In this document: in pieces, positions 53,801 through 62,800 of the stretch
Numbering within the stretch: position 1 is the stretch's first letter
How the letters are laid out: the number at the start of each line of letters is the position of its first letter
DNA from: Phoronis australis
Taxonomy: Eukaryota > Animalia > Phoronida
NCBI GenBank assembly: GCA_002633005.1
Contig: NMRA01000086.1
Coordinates: 777,390 to 841,389, forward strand
Direction: 5' to 3'
DNA length: 64,000 nucleotides
Program-made: the position numbers and the translations under genes
The notes under the pieces: generated by a model
Databases searched by the model: none
Seen by the model: only the letters and a program-made list of their open reading frames with translations
What the model was told of the DNA's origin: nothing

Positions 53801-56800
53801 ACCACCACTTACCACAGTTCAAAGCTATTGCGTGAAGAGCAAAAAATCTGTAGCCAGATTGGCTGTTGAGCTATCGCCAGCTCCGCCCCTTGTGAAAAGT
53901 CACCAGCAACCCTTTGTTTGTCGTGTAAAATAGCGGCTTGGAAATGCAGACGAAGGTGTGTCAAGAATTTTGCATTCTGATTGGTCAATTAAGCCATCAG
54001 TCAAAATCCTGTTGATAGGTCAACTAGCAAGCTAGGCTGAATCACTTAATAAGCCGTGTAGCTTATTAAACAAATTGGCGATAGCAATAGTGACTTAATT
54101 GATTTATCTCTTCGAGAGGAGTTCAGAACCTGGGCAAAGTGAGAAATCTCCAATTGACGTAATAACAATGAAAATAATTTTCATTGAGGACTGCTAGAAT
54201 GATAAGTCCTTGAATGGTGCAGTTCGCACCACCTTTACTGGTGGCTATAGATGGTAGGGCCATTGGTAAAAGATTTATACCTGTTCAGTCTCTCAACAAG
54301 GGACAATTGAGAGCTCACCTGAAACACTAGTCAAGATTAGTCGCAACATGTTCAAAACCATGTTCAATAACTAAATAGCCGCAACATTCATTTGTGGTTT
54401 GTACCATTATGACATTTTCCCTGTTGCTCCCAACTTGTTGGATTCTATAGCCCAATAAGTTGGGAAGAACTCCCCTGTAGCCAATTTCATGCAATGTTGC
54501 AAAGCCCTCGAATATGAAGTCTTAGCCTTGTATAGTCTTTGACTTTAACTCTGACCTTAAAAAGCCCTTGAATCTCAAATTTTATGCTTGCAAATATTTG
54601 AAAGACCTTAATTATAAGTACTGGGCAGATGTACCTTATTTTAATTTTGAATGGCAGCTGTCTTTTCTTGATCAAGTGCATCTTTTCCATTTGCTTATCA
54701 CTAGTTAGCCAATGACCAACAGGCGCAAATTCAAGACTTTTCTGTTCTTGTGGTATTATTACACCCATTTGGTGAGAGGCGATCATCTGACTCTCTGATA
54801 GATTTCATAGTATTTACGCTTTCAAGATCTACAAGTTCGTTGAATAAAATCTAAACAGCCTTAAAATTCATACTTTGTATTTTATGCATTAAAGTAATTA
54901 AAAATACATAACATCAAGTGGGGGATTTGCATTCATGGGCCAAAGTTATATTAAATTGGTCTTGAATTTGTATTGGGTAGGCCTTGAACTATATCATCAA
55001 AAGTCCTTGAATAATCCTGGGATTACTTAATATAGACAAGGTTTTGTACGAATCGTGCTAGAATAGCTCTCTTTCACAGATGTATCCCTGTCTTGTAGCA
55101 CACGATACATCAAACCACTCATAGTTGTTTTTTCCATGCATTACCATGCAGTCTTCTCTCAACCAACCAGTAAAGTTGGGTTGACCTGTAAAAAGAGAAA
55201 TATACTTTAAAAGACTTGCCCCTCTTGTCTACCTGTTTAGTAGCATTTATATGTCAAAATTTTTTCTGTTATTTCTGCATTATTTTCATGCTTACCTTTA
55301 AATGGTAATCTGTGACTACATGATGATTTTCTCCACTATTTCTCGGCTAATACACCGTGCCCTCTCTTAGGAATTAAGGGGCTATCACTGATCTGGTTTG
55401 TCTGGAGATTGCAATCACCCTCTGGTCATATACTTGTTTTATGCTCCAATGTCGCGAAGCGATGTCACGGTCATGAAGTGCCATGTTTTGGTATCTGAAG
55501 ATGGCCTGAGTGATTTATTTCAGCTGTAGCATTTTACTCAGCGTTTTAGATAACGAAATGATGAATAGATATTGAATATTACTTGGTATGACCATTAAAT
55601 TGGCGATCAAAATGGAAATAACTAAACGTCCATGTGAACAAGCCTATTAGGGATACCTTTTACTCCTGACTTCTGATATCGTCATGTAAATAATTGGTTA
55701 TCATTAGACCTCATAAAAGTTTGCATAATCTGTCATTATTTTCTGCTTTATTCATTTTTGAAAAAAATCACCATCCTATTCCTGGAGCTCTTAATTAGTG
55801 TTGTAAACCTGTGTAAAGTCAGTGTAGCTCCTAAGGCTGGTGCTTCTGAATTCATTATTTATCCACAACCTAAAGTAAAATGGCTAGCTCTGGCCTGGGT
55901 TTAATCATCTAATTTGAAGATTAGAGACTTCTTACCAAAATGGGGAAGGCGGACCTTCAAGTGGACTGGATCACAAGGCACAAAAATGACGAGATGTGAA
56001 TTGGGCGAGCCATATTTTGATGACTACTCGCCTTGATGAATTGTATGTGTTTTAACCGTGGGGTACTCTCCCTTGGTACTCACCTCTTTTCCAGTTTGTA
56101 TATTCCAGCTTTGAAGATGTATCTTGCCATTTCCATACCCCCTCCGTCTCTCGGTCCGTTGCTCCTGTCCACAATATCGCTTGTGCCCTACATTTCTGAC
56201 GTGCCAGGCTCTTCAAGTAATCGTTCTCCTTTTGGCTGTTAATGGTCACCAGATGACCCAGGTCAACCTGGCACTGGCTCAGGGCATTATACCAGTTGAA
56301 TCCTGAATGGCACTCTATTTTGTAACAGGAGTTTTCGAAATGTGCGTAACCTGGACGACATGTTGGCTGAGGTTGTATCGTTGGTTTAGGTGGTTGTGAC
56401 GTAGGAGCCAGACGTAGGATGTGTTCTTGTGTTTTAAGGCAGCACTGGCTCTGCTGTTGATTCATAGACGCTACAAGTTGATGGTATTGTGTGATTACTG
56501 TTCTTGTCGACGTCGTCTCCATTAGCACATGTTCAACATCATTCTTCACCAACGTCACCTCAGATTGAACGGCTTTCACATCGCTTCCAACAGAGGACTG
56601 TTGACTTTGGATTGACTTTATGTTAGTATCCATTGACGATAGGTTGGTCTGAATTGTTATCATGTCATCTCTTGTCAATGAAACTTTAGATTTTACTTCT
56701 TTTACATCCTTTTTTACAGAAGACAGTTCATTTTTAGTAGATTTCATGTCATTAGCCATTGGAAAGAGGGTGTTAAAGAGTGCTTTCAGGTCATTTCTGG

Positions 56801-59800
56801 TAGACACTACCCCCTGTTGTACGTCTTTTGTAACAGTTTTCAAAGACGAAAGCTCACTTTGGATTGACTTCATTTTAGCGCTCATTGTCGGCAAGTCACT
56901 TTGAATTGCTTTCACGTCAGCTGTTGTCGATGACAACCCTGATTGCATCGCTCGCAAGCGAATATCCATGGATGCCGACACTGATTTAATCGCTGACATT
57001 TCCTTTTGCAAAGCTTTCAATTCTTGATCCAGTAATTTTTCCACAGCGCTGACTTGGGCCTTTTGCATACTAAGCTTTTCCGTCACAAAACTTTGGAATC
57101 CTAACAGTTGCATTTGAAGTCCCTTTAACAGTGCTGTGTCGTCCTGTCCTGCTGCCAGTGTGACCCAATACTGACCATGTACTAGGAGAAGGAGTAACAA
57201 CCAGCTGAATGGTGTTCTAGTCTCCATCTTCACTCACCGTTACAATTTGTGAAACCTTACATTAGGGTCATCAAAGTCTCTCGTTATCTTGCGTCTCAAA
57301 AGTCGCCTCGTTATATCTTTAGCTTTTCAAAATTTGATTTTTATTTGGGTTAACTAATCTATAGTTATCAAAATCTTAGAGGTAATCTCCTGGTGATCTA
57401 ATTGTGTTGAGGGGTGGGCAGGTGTTCCAGTTCTTAACAAACATATGCATTATTGAACCAATGGGTCAGCTGGTCCAGTACTCAGACTGCCAAACAAATG
57501 TCCTGTCATCATGGTAACAGTTCAAGGGCTGTGATAACTATCAACTGGGTAATGAACCTTGCATTGTTAACTAGCTGCATGGATCAGCATGTGGCTAAGA
57601 TTTTATTTTGAAACATACAGTGCTTTTTCTACTTAATTCCTTTCATGGGTTTCCTTAAATGTTTTTGTTAACATTTTGTCATTTCAGTGTTTCCAAACCA
57701 GAACAAGTGGAGTACAGTTCTAACGAAACCCAGCAGGTAGTGCGAACAGAAAGTGACATTGGGCCAAAGTTGACGCACGTGTATCAGGTGAGAGCAACTA
57801 AGGTTGATGTGTTGTGTTACTGTCAGCCTTCTTCAGTGTGAGTCGTAAGCTCTTGAATTTTCGACACCGAATATGAAACTGAAACTAGGTCTTGATGGAA
57901 AGCTGAGGCGCAGCCATGATGTTGCTCGTCACCTCCCAAACTGAGAACTTGTACCGCTGTTATGATGCCGCCGTAAACTTCTGCCAAACAATAACTCTGA
58001 TTTCACTTAATAGTTTTAGTCTTAAAGTGTTCCTAATACTCAAATTGGAAGTCATTTCTGGGCTTGGGAAGACCTTAGGGTTTGTTATTACTTAAAACAT
58101 TGGCTCTGCACACAGCTACCTACCCGCTCAAACCAAATTATTGCATCTGCGCTGTGAGTCACTGCATTCATGCCCAAGAAATGTACAATCGTGGCACTTG
58201 GCTTACCTCAAAATCCCACTGCTGCTTGTTGGTTTTATTAGTAATTGACCTAATTATGTTGCACACAGAATTAATGCGATGCAGAATACTGGCAACATAG
58301 TTCACAATTTTTTGGTTGTAGAAGTCACATTTCTTGTACGATTTTCAAAATTCATAAACCTAACCATTATTGTGTACTTTTCTCAAACTATTTAAGCACT
58401 TTGAAAACGGAAATTAAAAAACCCTTTTCTTGTCCCATTGTGCTAATGGAGTACAGCATGTAGAGAAAGATAACATCAGCATGCCTCAGTGGCCACCTGA
58501 GGTCATGACGGTATTTTCCCGTTGATCCCAACTTATTTGATTCCATAGCTCAACAACAAGTTGGGAAGATGACCCCTGTAGCCAATATCTTACACGACTG
58601 ATTAACACCATTCTGGCATTTAGGGTTGGAGGGCCAGCTCTCTTTTGTTCGATAATTGCTCTAATCTCCATAAAATCATATCTAGCCTGACTGGGCTATG
58701 CTATTAAGAAAAAAGTTAAGTAATAACGTATTTGAACATAAACCAATAGAATTTCTGATTTCCTCGTCAAATGTTGATCATGTTTAGTTTTTGAATCCCC
58801 AAAGTCACTACCGAAGTTACGGCAATTTATTCTTCCCGAACGTACCAATTCGCTCTGGGGTTGAGCGTGTTCACAGGTGGTCTGTAATAAGCCTGTTTTC
58901 ATACCAGACAAAAGACTGTGGCTGTTAACAAACTTTAGGTGCTACCGTGGATGTTCATGCTCACAACCCTCAATGTCTGGTAAAGTTACTGAACGGAAGA
59001 ACACCTGCATTGTTATCAGATGTTGCTGTACACAAATCTGTCGAGTTGCCCAATCGTGACCAGTGAGGATATCAATATACGATTCTTTTCATGTTCTTTG
59101 GTGGTATTTAAATATTCATATATGGAGTGATGCACACAACCGAAGTCGCCTCATGGTGCCTGATGTTACTCTGGCAAGTTGGGATGTGTCAGCAAAGGTC
59201 CATCCAGTTGCAGTGCACGTTATTTTTCTATTTCCTAAAATGTAAATTTTTGTCATTGAAACAATGAACAAGTTCAATAGTTCAATTTTCAATGACCGGT
59301 TTAGTTTTTGTATTCAACAGTGTCCAAAATAGGCGGAAAGAATTTGCCAGGAAGAGGCAGCAGTCATCACTGACACCGATCTCTCTTTCCTTATCCACAA
59401 ACATAAGAAGCTCATTGTAAAAGTCCAGGGGCTCAGTGGGCCTATTGTAATCTCAACTTGTTGGAAACGTTAGCTTTCTTATAAGTTACTAGTTGTTAAA
59501 TAAAAAATAGTGCCCAAGGTACTCTCAGTACTTCCCGAGGCATGCCAAAAAATCACAGACTGTTAATCTCAGTAAAGAACAGTAAATTAGAGACCTATGG
59601 TCTAAAAAAAGTATTTTTTTGACAGAAGGGGGGGCTTTAGTAGATTAGATTTCTGTTCCGAGTCACTGTACATTATGCACGATGTCTGGAACTTAAGAAA
59701 TACAATAGGACACGCAAAATTGACCGTGTTCACATTAAAGAAGTTTCACTTTATTTGTTTCGATTAAAACACCAAACGGTGCTTGAATCCAGTGCCGCTT

Positions 59801-62800
59801 TTGACCCAGTCCTTCTCCTGCAGGTGGTGAATGATGGCCCCAGCTCCATCAGTGAAGTGCAAGTTGTCATCCTGTGGCCCAGCAGGACAACCACTGGTGA
59901 ACATATGCTCTATCTGCTGGACGCTCCGGAGGTGACCAAAGACCATGGTTCCTGTGTGGCAAACGATGTTAACCCAGAAAAGATTAAGGTAAGCTGAGTG
60001 TAAGGTTAACATTGCTGACCTGGTGCCTTCTACTGAATAGCATTAACTGTTGTCTTGTGTAATGTCACGATTAGGTACTAATGCGGGAAAGTAATAAATC
60101 TTCATTGCTCATAATTGAGAAATGGAGTTGGTTGTTAATTAAGTTTTGTTGGTCACTGTCAACTTTTTCAAGCTTCTGCTACACTGGTGACGTATGTCAG
60201 TTTTGAGACAACAGAAAATCTTCATCACTATAGCTGACCATAGTCTTTTAGAAGCCTTAACTCGTGCAGTATAGAGTGACTTAATGATTATACTGCAGTT
60301 TTGCCAATTAGTGGACCGAGTGAACTCATACTGAGTGCCCTGAGTGTGGCCCGAGTGTGCCCTGAGTGTGGCCCGAGTGTGCCCTGAGTGTGGCCCGAGT
60401 GTTTTTTTAATAAATCATATCAAAGAATAAGTTCACTATTACAACACATAAAAGTTGATTACTTACTCACGAGAACACATGATGGGGTTACTACAACAGA
60501 TCTTCACCTGTAATATGGCGAATGTGTGAATTAAAATTTCATTTTTTTTAACTTCTCATCGAAAATTGAAATTTTAGCCTACAACTTTTATGGCTTGTGC
60601 TGTCAGGGCTTGGAATTTTCCTTTTTTTAAGAGGAATTCCTCTTTTTTACCGTATTCACCCTAATAAGCGCCTGGAGCGCTTAGAAAAATTCGCTTCATG
60701 AAGGGGTGCTTATTATAGCCCAAAATGGTTGAAACCCGGTCTCCGAAACAGGTGAAATCATAAGCTAGAATTCATCAAATTTACGTTCTGTGACGCATCT
60801 GAAACCTATGGCAGAGTTTCTACAAAATTGCAGTGCATTGCTATCAAACTGTAGTTGAATTACGAGAATTTTACAGCAAATCCCACTGCCAAAAAATTGC
60901 CAACTAATGCGTCGCTGCCTCGCGATCGCTGATAAATCAAACTTGAATTCTTGAGTAAAAATATAGTTTCTACTCAACAAATTACCTGAAGTCCTCCCTA
61001 AGTTTTCCAAATAGCTTCCCTAAGATTTTTAAGTTCCTGTGGAGTCGGGATTAACAGCATATTAAGTCCAAATCTGCACTAGATCGTACTCCGCAACATG
61101 AGAAAAATCTCTGGACGAACACACATGTTCTTGTCATGTGATGTTTCTTGAAATTCGTCTGCGTATTGTATGAGTGAGCGAGCGCACGCGTGTCATCCGA
61201 TGGGAGTTCACTTGCTAGAGTAAACGCGATGTAACAATCTAGGTGTTTGTAACTAAGGAAATTAACACAAGCAGTAAAGCAGAACGTGTTTTATTTAGCA
61301 GTTGTTGATCTCATTTGCTAAAAAAACGTTCGAGAATCATGGTAAGGCTCTATGTCATTGAGTCGCCGGGTGACTGGATGCATGACAGTCTAACAGTTGT
61401 TTTTCGGGAGATTCGGGGGTGTAAGGGTGCGGAAGTGTTCACTATAGTGGGTCATTCTTACTTTAAAAACAACAGTTACGACTAATGTAATAATTCCCCG
61501 TTAAAAATAATGCAAATGCTTTTACGGTATTAGAAACTTTTGGAAATAAGTGCCAGTATTTATTTCTTGCTGATGCTATGCTGCCCGTTCATGCATAGAC
61601 AGTTCCTGAAGACTAATCTTCGATGACAGATGCTTGTCAGTAGCGCGCGCTTCCTGGCCATGTGCTTTTAACTGAGCAAAGGTCAGATTTTTATTACTGT
61701 TCCATTCGCACTTGCGTTCTTTTTGAAGCACGGCGGAAGTTTGAAGTGTATAGTCACGGCTAAATACCGACATAGCGGCAAGGCTCGTGGTCTACAAATT
61801 CCACGCACAATGATTTTTTCAGGACTTTCTGTTCTTATTGATAAATTGAAGACGTTACTGTAGAATTTCAGAACATTACTGTAGGTAAGGCATTTTTCGC
61901 ATGTGGGTGGCGTTCATGGACTGGGCGCTTATTTTAGCAAAGTCTGAAAACGTGTGGGGGCGCTTACAGGGGCATGGGCACTTCTTAGGGCGAATACGGT
62001 AATTTTATTTTATTTTTTCAGTTTCCTCTTTTTTGTCTCTTTTTATCATTATTTTGACTTTATTCATGCAAGAAACATTTATTTCAGTTAAATTTTACAA
62101 CACTAAAATATTTATATCACACAAGCCTATTTATTTGTGGAATGATACATCACCTAGAAAATTTTCTTCTTTTGTCATTGGTCATTCCAAGCCCTTGCTG
62201 ACTGTGTAGATGTCATAAATCGACATTAGGTTTATTTGCTGCCATGTAAACAATGTTTAAAAAATAGAAATTGTCCATTTTGAATATTATGTGTGTGCCT
62301 AAATAATGAAGAATTTCAGAAACTTAAATTTATCCTTTGATAACTCTGGGTCAGAGGTCAAATTGGGGTTTTTCGAGAACTGACATCGGTATATTCCGTA
62401 TTGGTGGTTTCGATCGTTTTATTTGAGGTATGTTTATGAATGTTATGAATGTTAAGTTTGAATATTGTCAATTATTAAAGTGTGCGCTGTCTGCTCCGTA
62501 CAGGATATCAGTCACTTTTACTGCTCTATTATATAGATTGAAAGTGCTGACGGGGAGTCTGAAAAAGCTAAGTCTACAAGGAAACGCCGTGCCGTTTCTG
62601 CAAAGAGCAAAGATGTCAAAAATATGGTGAGTCTTTTTGTGTAGACATGTCAGTGTTGCGAACGTTGCTATTTCTGGTTAATCGGAGTAACGGAATAGTT
62701 TTGCTACAGGTGAAACAAGAAGTGTATAATCGTTAATTGCTGAGAAAGGAATTTGAAACATACTGTAAAAACTATGCTGTCACTCTGTCACCATGGTGGA

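Noticed and set aside
56052-56083. ORF-track C-terminus GEYQGRVPHG* suggesting a truncated or pseudogenised lectin
   Set aside because: It is intron read-through past a GTGAGT donor; the true C-terminal exon is at 55185-55058
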